Part shown: positions 11,921 through 24,665 of the stretch, piece by piece
How positions within the stretch are numbered: the stretch's first letter is position 1
Layout of the letters: the number at the start of each line of letters is the position of its first letter
NCBI GenBank assembly: GCA_951406725.2
Contig: OX597820.1
Coordinates: forward strand, 88,288,001 to 88,352,000
Direction: 5' to 3'
DNA length: 64,000 bases
Source: Octopus vulgaris
Lineage: Eukaryota
The notes under the pieces: generated by a model
The model's database searches: none
What the model saw: only the letters and a program-made list of their open reading frames with translations
Told to the model about the DNA's origin: nothing
Translations under genes and position numbers: made by a program

Positions 11921-14109
11921 TAGATTTCAAATCGTACTGATCTCTTGTTGTTGTTGTTGTTGTTTAACCCCAGTTCAGTCCTAACTGAGCAGACCTATGA
12001 CGAAAAGCCTTTCACACAAGATTCTTTTTTTTTTTTCCTCAACTGTCTCTCTATTTTCTTCGAGGTGGTAGAATGTGATTTGAAGGAGATTTGGCTGCAG
12101 TTTTAGCAATCAAAGGAATTTGAGACAATAAGCTGATGGAACAAATGCCATTCAGCATTTAGTAATGCCTTGTATTTAGTAACGTGTGAGTTCAAATACC
12201 GCCTGAATCGAATTTTCCAACTATTTGCCCAAGGTCATTCCAATTCACTATCAGTAATATATAAGTTGCTGTTGCTGTGATCCAACAGACTATGAACAAA
12301 GATGCTCCAGCTTTGACCAGGCAGTATTTTATTCAGATACAATGTACATGGGGCAGTGATCTTGAAGATATCTACGTCAATAGTGACACACCACAGTTTA
12401 TTAGATGACACGTGATAGACTTTGAAGAAAAAAAAATCTTCCAATAATCTCATGGTAGAAAAACCTTATCAGTAAGTATTTACCTAAAACTTAAATACAT
12501 GTATACAATTAGTGGTTGACATTTCGATGGCAAGAAGCTGAAATTTCGACATACCGGGCTTTCAGTTGTCACTAATCTTTCTGTCGTCTTATATATACTT
12601 CCTTTTTAAGAGTGTAGGGTGTAGTATGAGAGAGATTTGGTCTCTATTTCTAGCCTGTCAAGTTGCTATGTATAGGACTCCTGTGAAAAATATACATTAA
12701 ATATTGTGACGTTTCAAGTTTGGAAAGGACTCATGTAATAGGTTTATCGCCTTATTAAATTGTTTTTAATTGCAATGGACTTTTCAGTCCATAAAGTGTA
12801 AAAATTGTAAGAGGATTAATACCTCATTCAGTATTTTTTTTTTTTTAAACGAACAATGTTTTAGAGAAGCAAAAGTTGGCGGGCGCTTTTCGTCTTCTCC
12901 CATCCTTATCATCCTTGTATCATTATCATTCACCTCATTAATGTCCGTGTCCAGCCCGCAAGCTACCTTACTCTATGTACTACCTTTATGGCAAATTTGA
13001 TAAAATAAAGTAGCTTGTAACTAAATTGATTTCATTATAATTAATTAGAAGTTCGAATCCCGCCAGCAATATTATTTACATTCAATGTTAAAAATAGTCA
13101 TAATTAATACACTACGTTCGAAAAGAAGATGGGATTACCATAGTTGGAAGGCGTTTGATTATAAGTATACCCTGAGGTGAATAAGCAACAAAGAAAACCA
13201 CAGTATTTAGGTGAGTTAGAAGATTTTCTTGAAATTATTTAGTGAGTAACTTTTGAAATTGTTTTTGAGTCCATCATTGCGATACAAGCCGTATTTCATG
13301 TTACTGAATTGTGGATGTAATACGCGTAATATGTAGATTACTTTATCTTGCAAAACTGAGCTGACTCTGTTCCTTATTCGCAAATTTCTTTCGCAAATTC
13401 TTTTCTTCAAACGCATATCAAGTGTTCAGAATTATGGGGTACAAACGACCTCATAGGTGCTGGTGATGCGATGAAATACACTCTGTACACTTTGTAGAAT
13501 GGTTAATAAAAGAGAGGGGACGTGGAGCCAAGAGGAGCTCTTAGTTTTGTTCTTGGGAGGGCAGTCTCTCTAGAGCTAGAGCTACGGTCAAATTCACCGA
13601 CTCTATTACGTAAACTAGTCGGTATCCATCGATTGAGACCAAACTAAAATAGAATGTACTAGCATGGCGGAGTCCCTAACATTTAAAAAGGCAGTTACTC
13701 CGAATAAAGGACGCGCCGCATGATAATACGTCCAGCCCATACCAGCATGAAAAACCGCATGGAAAGGAATTCGATTTTCATATGAAACTAGGAAAACTAG
13801 TTAGTTGCTACAATCAGCTTATTCAATGGACAACCTTTTTTCAATATCGTAAGGTCCGTGGGAAAATTCACGTACATACAAGGAATCTTGGTATAAAAAT
13901 GATGGGAATAGATGTGTTGGGAACAAAGAAATTGTGAGCGAGAGGTCTAACCTGACAATAAAGCCGATATCTCTAAAAAATACATTTATACCTTTTCCAT
14001 TTATTCCATATAGCTATTAAAAGTTACCACTATTCTGCTGTCTATTTTTTTAATGAAAAGGTTTCATATATATATACATAGATACATATGTATGTATATA
14101 TGCCTATTT

Positions 14110-14158
<49 letters not shown>

Positions 14159-14205
14159 ATGTATATATATGTATATGCATATGTGTATGTATATGTATAT
14201 ATATG

Positions 14206-14254
<49 letters not shown>

Positions 14255-14716
14255 GTATATGTATATCTCTTATTATAAAAGGCAGATTTTATCTGCCTCC
14301 CTTTGGGAGTTATACAAATCTACAATATAGGATTTCTTCAATTACAATTTACCTAGCAGTTTTAAGAGTACAATGCATCGCGTCATGCCAGGTCCAGTTT
14401 TTAAAATTTAAACTCCAATTAAGCAAAATTTACAGAAAACTCACATTCTGGTGTGTGTGTCAAATGCTTTTCTTAGTCTGGTTTACATCACACGCAAACG
14501 CACACACACAGTGGGCAACGAATAAAATGAAAGTAAATAGCGACAGAGTGATTTGAGGAAGACTAAAGTGAAAGTATTCTGTCTATGACGCTGATAGATA
14601 CATGAGTAAAATGTATGGGAAGCTAAGAGCTAAGAGTGAGTGAAAATGTTCTTGGAAGAGAGTAATTAGTAATAAAGTAAACATACACTCATACATACAT
14701 ACATACATACATACAT

Positions 14717-14749
<33 letters not shown>

Positions 14750-14974
14750 TACACACACACATACATACACACACACATACATACATACACACATACATAC
14801 ATACATACATACATATACATACATACATACATATACATACATACATACACACACACATACATACACACACAGTATTGAAGCTTGAGAACAATCAGATACA
14901 TTTGCAACACATCTGTTGAAAATATTATTGTTCACACACATACATATACATATATACATACAGACAGACAGATA

Positions 14975-15034
<60 letters not shown>

Positions 15035-15089
15035 ATCCAGCATGGCCACAACCTCAAAGCTGAAACATATAAAAGAATAACAGAATATA

Positions 15090-15450
15090 AATGTGTGCAA
15101 AGTACAAGAAATATTAATGCAGTATATGGGGATTGGACAATAAGCGTAAGGCAGTGTCAATGGTGGTTCCAGAAATCCCGAGCCATAAACTACAGCCTAG
15201 AAGACGAGCCTCATCCTGAAAGATCTGTAGAACTCGACAAGGACATCCTGAAAACCCTGGTGGAACAAAATATCATCGTAACTGTTGAGGAACTAGCAGA
15301 GAAGCTTGGATTTGGTCATTCAACCATTCATTGACACCTGTGTGCTATCGGAAAAATCAGCAAATTGGGTCAATGGGTTCCTCACGAACTTTCCGAGTCT
15401 AATTGCATGCAGAGAGTGAATGTATGCTTTTCTTTGCTGTCATATCTCAC
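15090..15450 (+). pseudogene. Mariner transposase fragment
   Basis: NINAVYG...CQWWFQK...SLEDEP...TVEELAEKLGFGHSTIH*HLCAIGKISKLGQWVPHELSE; contains the WVPHEL motif and an internal stop. Confidence 0.85.
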
Positions 15451-15469
15451 CACTACTGCGCTATGTATA

Positions 15470-16004
15470 TCTATATATATAAAACTGTAGTTGTGTGAGT
15501 GTCTGTCCCCTTCGATTTAGATTCCTAACTACTCCCACATTTTGCGGTACAGTTTAACCAAATTCGGGTAGCTTATAGTCGTGATTCATATCGAGCCCGT
15601 CTGAATATTAGCGCGCGTCTACGATGAGTCTACGATTTTAAAAATAATTTAACATCATTTTTTATTCCATTTTAATGCATAATTTTTCGTGTGTCGATGG
15701 CGGCGGAGTTGGCGTCCACGCTCACACCTGCACCTGTGGGGAAGGGAGTGTAAGGAAATCAACGTCGTAATGCGTTGTCAAGGAGACCAGTGTTCTTTTA
15801 GAACAACGACTTCATGGCTTGAAGACACCAAAACAGAAATGGCTAAGAAAGCGTCTACATGAGTCTACGATTTAAAAAAAAATTTACCATCATATTTTTT
15901 CCATTTTTAATGCATTTTTTGCTATTTTTTGGCTATAACTCTCTAAAAATGCTTATATAGTTATTTCCCTTACAAACCCGAGCAACGCCGGGCGATACTG
16001 CTAG
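15470..16004 (+). mobile_element. Non-autonomous Helitron
   Basis: A|TCTATATATATAAAA start; subterminal hairpin CCCGAGCAACGCCGGG; CTAG|T end; homologous to 41516-41913. Confidence 0.85.
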
Positions 16005-16058
16005 TATATATATATATATATATATATGTATATGTGTATGTGTATGTATATGTATATA

Positions 16059-16113
<55 letters not shown>

Positions 16114-17187
16114 TCTCGTGACTTAACATTCATTCGCGTACAGGCGTATAGAAAGACAGAGTTAGAGGGTGAACATAGAAATTTATCTCAAATAACTAAT
16201 AGAATATTTGCTTTAGTTATGTTTGCCGACGGAACTAGAAGAGACTGTTCACACACGCAAACTTTTCCCATCCTTTTCCCATTGCGGCTTTATTGACGCG
16301 ACTCCTTTGCAATACACACACGATTCACCTAACATGGAAGATTCTACGTCACATACATGGTGAGATCCGACTGGCTTACCTCTAAGTATGTGTTTTAAAA
16401 CTAGAGTATTCGACCGTTATGTTACAGTATAATATTTATACAACATAGTCTGTTGGTGTGCAGGGAAAAGCAACCAAATATCTCTCAAGTCTCTGCGCAC
16501 CGATTTAAAACCATTATGTACTCATAGATATCTCCTATTTGTCGGGGTGGTCAATGCTGCAATTAGTTCAATCATGGGTCTTCTTATTACGGCTTTTCTA
16601 GGTCTATCCATGTGTCATCTCCCAGGAAACTATTTCATCGTCGTCTATGTACACTCCACAAATATAAATGCAAGTGTATATATATCTATGTATGTTTATG
16701 TATGTCTGCGTGTGCGTCTGTATGTGTATATATACACACATTCATTCACATATGAATATGTGAATGTATGTATATATATTTCTTTACTACCCACGCATTT
16801 CGCCCGGCGTGCTAACGTTTCTGCCAGCTCGCCGTATGTATGTATACATACATGTGTGTGTATGTATATATGTATGTATAGAACAAATAGTGAGGGACTA
16901 TCAATCCGGACAAAATACTTTCTAAGCTCCCTGTTGGCACACCAGGCTAACAATATTGCTTAGATTAGTGAAGAACTCCAGGTAATCTTTTGGTAGGGTT
17001 CTAAATTATAGTTCATCACAATTCTATATTGTAAATCCGTGAATGGGCTCCAGATAAACTGGTTTTTACAAAGTGATATATAAGAGACAAGTTAAAATAA
17101 ATAATGGTTATTGCATATAATTTCTTTATTATAGCAAAATAAAGGAGTAATATGTAATGACCATTATTTTAACTTGTCTCTTTCAAT

Positions 17188-17239
<52 letters not shown>

Positions 17240-19055
17240 TGAGATAGGGGTTGTAAATGCAACCCTCCATGGGATAACATATATCCAATATACTGCTAGT
17301 GAAGTACCCAACAAAGTTAATACATAAATGTTAAGGATTGCGATGCAATCAATTCATTTACTGTATTATATGGGCAAAGGTAAAATGATTTACCACAAAT
17401 TACTAGTACAAGATAAGAAAATTGAGAAATACATCTAAATCAAATATCAATTACCAGATAATACTCAATCACATACTTTATCAAACCACCACATAAGAGA
17501 CTGTAGGGTTAAACATAAAAAAGCAGAACAAAATAGTGTACATAAAGGAATGTACATAAAAAAGTGTCCATAAAAGAGTAATGTTGTATAATAAGTAGAA
17601 TATATATAAAAAAGAGAATATAAATATAAGTAAATATAAATATATATATATATATAGGGGCAGAATTCACAAAAAAAAAAGACAAAGACAGGTGGTGTAG
17701 ACAACAAACAGATGTCTTAGTATAACGATCGGGAAGTGAATGAATATATATATAAGCTATAGTTCGTCACAATTCTATTTTGTAAATCCGTGAATGGGCT
17801 CCAGATAAGCTGATTTATATATATATATATAGTTGGCTATGGTTTATGCACTTGTGTCCATGTTTATATATATATGTGTGTATATATATATGTGGGGGGT
17901 GTATTTTTATGTGTATGCATATATATATATATATATTTTGCATGTAGGTATGTATGTGTATACTTGTATGTATTTGTGTTTGCTCATGAATGTATTTTAT
18001 ATTTATGTCTATATGTGTATATGCTTGTATATGTAAGTGTGTATGTCTGAATACTTGTATGTCTATGTGTGCATATTTTTGTGTAGAGATACATTAACAC
18101 GCACGCATATACATATATATACTGGATCTCATCTATGAACTACATACATTTATGCATGCATACATACATGCAAGTATATGCATGAGAAGATGTACATAAA
18201 GCAAAACATACAAATCTGCACATATACATCCTGTTGTTGATGTTGTAATTCCAATGAAGGAGTCTTGGATTTATGTTTGAGACTGGCTTTTTTCTCTATT
18301 GGCAAGAGATCTTGAAATAAAACTGAATAATCACATGCATACATGCATACATACATACATTCATGCATGCATGCACGCATCCCTCCATCCATCTATACAT
18401 ACATACATACATACATACATACATACATACATACATACATACATACATACATACATACATACATACATACATACGTACATACAAGCATACATATATACAT
18501 AATCTTAAAATAAAAGCCACAAGTCTTGTTAAATACAGCTACAGAGTTTCTTGGTCGAAACATTGATTTATTTCGCCATTTTTCAAGTTGAGGACAAGAT
18601 CGTTTGTCAGTTGCCTGTTGATGCAACTTGAACGCGGACTGTAAAGTCCCAAAACATATACTGCAAATCATTCGTCTGACGCTCTAACGCAGCTTTATAT
18701 GGAAAATATGATTTATTAAGGTTGCTATCTGTTTAGTCGTCTGTATGCTTTGTATTACGGCACGTTGTTATCAATATAAACAGTTGAAGGTTTACATAAC
18801 AACCTTGTTTCTAGGATATTCGATATTCCCTAGTAACTGATAACACGTGACACCACTCAGAATGCGGGGTTGAAAGAGAAGAACACTGAACGATAAGATT
18901 TATTAGTGTGGACAGCAACTTTCCACAAATCTGCAGGAAAAATATTTCATTAGAGTAGCAAGATCTGTCCAGGAATGTGGTGCGATTTCAATTTTCAATA
19001 AAACTGAAATCATTTATGAAGAAATTATAAAGCTGAAAATAAATTCGTCATTCTT

Positions 19056-19478
19056 TTACTCTTTACTCTCTTTTACTCTTTTACTTGTTTCAGTCATTTG
19101 ACTGCGGCCATGCTGGAGCGCTGCCTTTAGTCGAGCAAATCGACCCCGGGACTTATTCTTTGTAAGCCCAGTACTTATTCTATCGGTCTGTTTTGCCGAA
19201 CCGCTAAGTGACGGGGACGTAAACACACCAGCATCGGTTGTCAAGCAATGCTAGGGGGACAAACACAGACATACAATCATACACACACATACATATATAC
19301 ACACATACATATATACGACAGGCTTCTTTCAGTTTCCGTCTCCCAAATCCACTCACAAGGCATTGGTCGGCCCGTGGCTATAGCAGAAGACACTTGCCCA
19401 AGATGCCACGCAGTGGGACTGAACCCGGAACCATGTGGCTGGTAAGCAAGCTACTTATCACACAGCCACTCCTGCGCC
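19056..19478 (-). mobile_element. SINE family B, full length
   Basis: Complete head to tail; near-identical to 19871-20484. Confidence 0.9.
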
Positions 19479-19870
19479 TATTTTGTTTTTTTCCTCTTAA
19501 GCATTTATTCTAGAGCACATTTCAGATGGTTTAGTGATATTAATATTGTTGTTATTTCTGTAAGAGGTTTATTACCCCAAGATGTGTCTTTTTAAAAGAA
19601 TACTGTTATAGAGAAGCAGAGGGTCGGCGGGCGCTTTCTGTCTTCTCTCATTTTTTTCATCTTCTATTATCATTCGCCTCATCAATATCTTCTCCAGCCC
19701 GCAAAGCTACCCATCTTTGTACTGCCTCTATGGCAAATTTGATAAAAATAAAGTAGTGTTTCATTATTAGCACCCATCTCTTTACAAAGCTCTTTGAATA
19801 TGCAACTGCGTAAAACTTTGGACTTGAAGTTAACAATTTGAATTTCTTCTCCTGCATTAGCCCTAAGACG

Positions 19871-20268
19871 TTACTCTCTCTCTTTTACTCTTTTACTTGT
19901 TTCAGTCATTTGACTGCGGCCATGCTGGAGCGCTACCTTTAGTCGAGCAAATCGACCCCGGGACTTATTCTTTGTAAGCCCAGTACTTATTCTATCGGTC
20001 TGTTTTGCCGAACCGCTAAGTGACGGGGACGTAAACACACCAGCATCGGTTGTCAAGCAATGCTAGGGGGACAAACACAGACATACAAACATACACACAC
20101 ATACATATATACACACATAGTCGAGCAAATCGACCCCGGGACTTATTCTTTGTAACCCCAGTACTTATTCTATCAGGTCTGTTATTGCCGAACCGCTAAG
20201 TGACGGGGACGTAAACACACCAGCATCGGTTGTCAAGCAATGCTAGGGGGACAAACACAGACGCACAA

Positions 20269-20316
<48 letters not shown>

Positions 20317-20484
20317 TTATATACGACAGGCTTCTTTCAGTTTCCGTCTCCCAAATCCACTCACAAGGCATTGGTCGGCCCGGGGCTATAGCAGAAGACA
20401 CTTGCCCAAGATGCCACGCAGTGGGACTGAACCCAGAACCATGTGGTTGGTTAGCAAGCTACTTACCACACAGCCACTCCTGCG
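19871..20484 (-). mobile_element. SINE family B with internal ~178-bp tandem duplication
   Basis: Segment AGTCGAGCAAATCGACCCC...ACACAC occurs at ~19941 and ~20119. Confidence 0.88.
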
Positions 20485-20534
20485 TTAGATTACTTACTGC
20501 TAAATATTTGTTTTTGTTTTTGTTTCAAACGGTG

Positions 20535-20730
20535 GCACAACGCCAGTAATTTTATGGGGGAGGCTGCTAGTCGGTTACATCGATTCCAGTGCTAAACTGG
20601 TTCTTATTTTATCGACTGCGAAAAGATGAAAGACGAAGTCGATCTCGGTGGTATTTGAACGTAGAGAGTCAGAAGAAAATCCGCTATGCGTGTTCAACTG
20701 ACATGCTAACGATTCTGCTAGTTTGGCGCC
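20535..20730 (-). mobile_element. Degenerate SINE family A
   Basis: Family core on the minus strand. Confidence 0.6.
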
Positions 20731-20902
20731 TTACTTGCTGTTAAAGAATAACAATACATACACTGCGCAACATCAGTAGAAAAATCTTCTGCTTGCTGAA
20801 ACCGAGAAATCCTTTATTTTGATCAATCACACTTGGAGCGCCTCCAGTTAGGCTTTGACTTCTCAAAAAACTCATCCAGTGTGCTATATATATATATATA
20901 TA

Positions 20903-20940
<38 letters not shown>

Positions 20941-21040
20941 AAAAATGGTGGAATATAATTAATTTAATAAAATTAATAAATTTCACCTAGTAGATTTATC
21001 GGTATGGAAAAGACCATATTTGGTAAGGGTTATAATAATT

Positions 21041-21284
21041 ATAATTAAGGGTTAATTGCAACAAGTCGCTCAAAACCACATACCGAAAATATTAGAAATA
21101 GCAGCCAAAATTGATCACTATTTCCTCTACTAATAAAAAGTCTCCACGAACAAACAGAATTTGTAACCTGTAAATGGTTACAAATTCTGTTTGTTTGTGG
21201 AGATTTTATTAGTAGAGGAAATAGTGATCAATTTTGGCTGCTATTTCTAATATGTGGTTTTGAGCAACTTGTTGCAATTAACCC

Positions 21285-21292
<8 letters not shown>
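21041..21292. repeat. ~250-bp foldback inverted repeat ending in (TA)n
   Basis: ATAATTAAGGGTTAATTGCAACAAG...GTAACC-TGTAAAT-GGTTAC...CTTGTTGCAATTAACCCTTAATTAT. Confidence 0.9.
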
Positions 21293-21339
<47 letters not shown>

Positions 21340-21342
<3 letters not shown>

Positions 21343-22049
21343 CGGTGTACGTACACTTTGTTCTCTTATATATGTAAGTACACATTTCACTAAACTTTGT
21401 ACGACTTCAACACTCTCTCTCCTCCCTCTCTCACATTCTTTGCCTTTCTTACTTTACACTTCACTATGTCCCTATCTTTCTCTTTTTTTCTCGCCAATCC
21501 TTCATTCTTCGGTCTACACGCTCTCTCTCTCTTTCTTCTCCTCTTCCTTAATTCCTTTGTTCCTCTTTTTCTCTGTCTTCTCTTCTCACGTGACCGCTGG
21601 TCGACTATTAGCCCTTTTGCGTCAGACCACGGTGACGGTCATATCGACTTTTCCCTCTGCCGTAAGGCTTAATTCTCAACACGCCAGCTGAATTTAATTC
21701 GTCTCCAGTCGAAAGGCGCCTGTTGTTATGTCCTGTTATTATTATTATTATCATTGTTGTTTTGTATTTATATTCGTATCATTTTTTTGGTATTATTTTT
21801 GTATTTATATTCGTGTAACATCGTCCGTTTTTCAGTCCTTGTCTCGTATACATTCGATCTTTTTTCCAAGTAATCTAATGCTCTTAGCTTAGTTTTTCCT
21901 TGGGGCTGGCCAGATTGGAGCAATCTCAAGATTAATCAGCCGAAATTACGAGGATGATCCGGTTCTTGACTGAAGATTGAAGGCTTCGAATGACCCATCC
22001 GTGTTTTTTGTATCGTCTATTTGGATTTTTGCGTTCTTGTCCCATTTTG

Positions 22050-22050
<1 letters not shown>
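21340..22050 (+). mobile_element. (TA)n-flanked interspersed repeat, unclassified (possibly Penelope-like terminus)
   Basis: Homologous copies on the minus strand at ~26375-27020, ~37270-37900 and a fragment at ~1210-1307; 3' end abuts (TA)n in three of the four copies. Confidence 0.65.
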
Positions 22051-22130
<80 letters not shown>

Positions 22131-22183
22131 GTTTAAATATTTGTTGTGCAAGATTTTTTATGTGAAGTCGTGTGTTGAAACAG

Positions 22184-22573
22184 ATATTGTTATATTTCGG
22201 AATGGTCATATTGCCAGTTTAGCCAATAAAACACACGCACTATATATTTGGTGTTATTTTGCTTCAGTGATATTTATTTTTTACATTATATATATTTATA
22301 GTTTTTCGTCAACTTGTGACCGATCAGTGGCTGTTTTCTTCTCATATATAACCGTCAGCCATTTAAATGGCTGACGGTTATAAGGAGAGCACAAGTAAGT
22401 GAGAAGAAAAAGACCACTGATGCGGTCACAGGAGTGTGACGAAAGAACTTTGGCCGAAATAAGATTAAGATTAATGTAAAAAATAAATATCACTGAAGCA
22501 AAATAACACCAAATATATAGTGCGTGTGTTTTTATTGGCTAAACTGGCAATATGACCATTCCGAAATATAACA

Positions 22574-22577
<4 letters not shown>
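22184..22577. repeat. ~390-bp foldback containing a degenerate hammerhead motif
   Basis: About 100-bp near-perfect outer arms; central palindrome ACCGTCAGCCATTTAAATGGCTGACGGT; GACCA-CTGATGC-GGTCAC...GTGAC-GAAA at 22412-22455. Confidence 0.85.
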
Positions 22578-22607
<30 letters not shown>

Positions 22608-23012
22608 TGTTGTTGTTGTTATATGTTATTGACTCATAATAACATATCTTATTTTATATTGCCTTCATGAACATATCTAATAAAACTAATTCATATTCAA
22701 CAAGATGAAATAGCTGTGATCCAGTAAACTGAATTGAAAACTTAAGAAATGAATTAGGTCAAACTTCTTAAATTCGTTGTTTGGGTATATCGTCAACACC
22801 ATTATTGGTGTCCCTTCTTCAAATTGTTTCGTTCTAAAATTAAATAAACTTAACTTTTTTGCGCGGTTCTCTTTGTAGAAGAACGCGAACTCGTGAACGG
22901 CTTGATCATGTGTGCAGTCAAGTTACTGTCCAGTCAGAAGGCAGACATCGCATGAAAGATGGTTCTGGAAGGCTCTAGAATATTTCCCTACAAGGCCTAT
23001 AGATAGAGTCCT

Positions 23013-23370
23013 TTTTGGCGCCAATGGGTGTTGAATTGTTTCGTCTGCGTAACTTAGCGGTTCGGCAAAATAAAAAGATAGAATAAGTGCCAGACTTACA
23101 AAACAAGAAATAAGTACTGGGAGTTGATTTATTCGACTAAACTATTCAAGGCAATGCCCCAGCATGGCCACAGAGTTCTTTTTGGTGCCAATCGGTGTTG
23201 AATTGTTTCGTCTCCATAATTTAGCGGTTCGGCAAAATAAAAAAGATAGAATAAGTGCCAGACTTACAAAACAAGAAATAAGTACTGGGAGTTGATTTAT
23301 TCGACTAAACTATTCAAGGCAGTGCCCCAGCATGGCCTCAGTCCAATGGCTGAAGTAAATAAAGTATACA
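23013..23370 (+). repeat. Tandem duplication (~168 bp) of a SINE B 3' fragment
   Basis: TTTTGG.GCCAAT.GGTGTTGAATTG...CAGCATGGCC occurs twice. Confidence 0.8.
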
Positions 23371-23771
23371 AGAGATTGCTTTTATGAGAAATCAGAAAAA
23401 GTAACGGCCAATGGAGGGTAATTCGAACTCACGATAACGGTCATGGGATTCGAAATAAAATTAAAAACAAAAAAAAAAAAGACAAACCGCTAGCAAGATC
23501 AGAGTTCAATTTTCCTGTGCAGCCAGATCACCAGCAGGACACATATACATTTAAAACATGTCTGACCCCAATGTTGGCCTTGGCAAATAAGAAAACATAA
23601 ATTGAGTGTGATTCCAGCATTGTTGCTATTGGTCAGACATTTTCTCTTTTCTCCGTTACTCTCTCTTTCTATGCTTAATTTAGAATGAAGATAAACTTGA
23701 ATATATAGCTTATTTATAATAATATACGCGAAATTCTGTCTGTCTGGGATCACTGTATCTCGATCTACATT

Positions 23772-24355
23772 TCATCATCATCATTGTTCGACCGTGGTCG
23801 AGACAATGGAATTTACTATGTTACGCCAGACTTCACGGTCCATCATAGCATTACGGAGGTCCTGTTGCTGGATGCCTGTATCCCTGGAGATTACATCAGG
23901 GTAGGAGAGTGTGCGCCCTCTGGTATTGCGAGTAGATGGCTTCCAGAGGAGAAGAGTAGAAATTACTTCTTTTTCAGCTCTACAACAATGTCCAGCAAAC
24001 TGGACTCTCCTACCTTTCACAAGAGATGACACAGGTGGTAATTTCCCATATATTTACATTTTGGTTGGATGGCGCTTCCACGAGAGATTTTGAGCTCTTA
24101 TAAGGAGGCGAGTGTAGGTTCCATCCAACCGCCTCTCAAGCTTCTTTGATAACGTCCAGGTTTCTGAGCCATATAGTAGAATTGGTTCGACTGTGGCTTT
24201 GAATATTTCAAGTTTGAAGTCTCTACTTAGATTTGATGACCAGATCTTATGCATGTCATTACAGGCTGACCAGGCCATACCCTTTCTAGTTAGAAAGTCT
24301 TTTCCAGATGATGATATGTATGACCCAAGATATTTATAATCAGAAACCATATTTA
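23772..24355 (-). mobile_element. 5'-truncated RTE-type LINE (RT C-terminus plus (TGA)n tail)
   Basis: YKYLGSYI...EPILLYGSETWTL...RLDGTYTRLL...FAGHCCR...AMMDREVWR; one internal stop; TGATGATGA tail right after the stop codon. Confidence 0.88.
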
Positions 24356-24433
24356 AAGGCGCACTGTTGAGAGTGTGGATGATGCAATCACTGTTGGACA
24401 GGCACTTGTTTATGCTCTGCATAGACATATACC

Positions 24434-24665
24434 TATTTCTTTACTACCCACATGGGGCTAAACACAGAGAGGATAAACAAAGACAGACACACGGATTAAG
24501 TCGATTATATCGACCCCAGTGCGTAACAGGTACTTATTTAATCGACCCCGAAAGGATGAAAGGCAAAGTCGACCTCGGCGGAATTTGAACTCAGAACGTA
24601 GCGGCAGACGAAATACCACTAAGAATTTCACCTGGCGTGCGAATGATTCTGCCAGCTCGTCGCCT
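24434..24665 (-). mobile_element. SINE family A (GTAAAGAAATA-tail variant) with 16-bp TSD
   Basis: TSD TGCATAGACATATACC at 24418-24433 and 24666-24681. Confidence 0.92.

Noticed and set aside
12235-12453. 72-aa ORF in unique sequence
   Set aside because: No recognisable motif and no convincing splice signals
21935-22000. Possible permuted hammerhead (GCCGAAA...CTGAAGA) in the 21340-22050 family
   Set aside because: Stems I and II cannot be formed consistently across the copies at 26.5 kb and 37.4 kb
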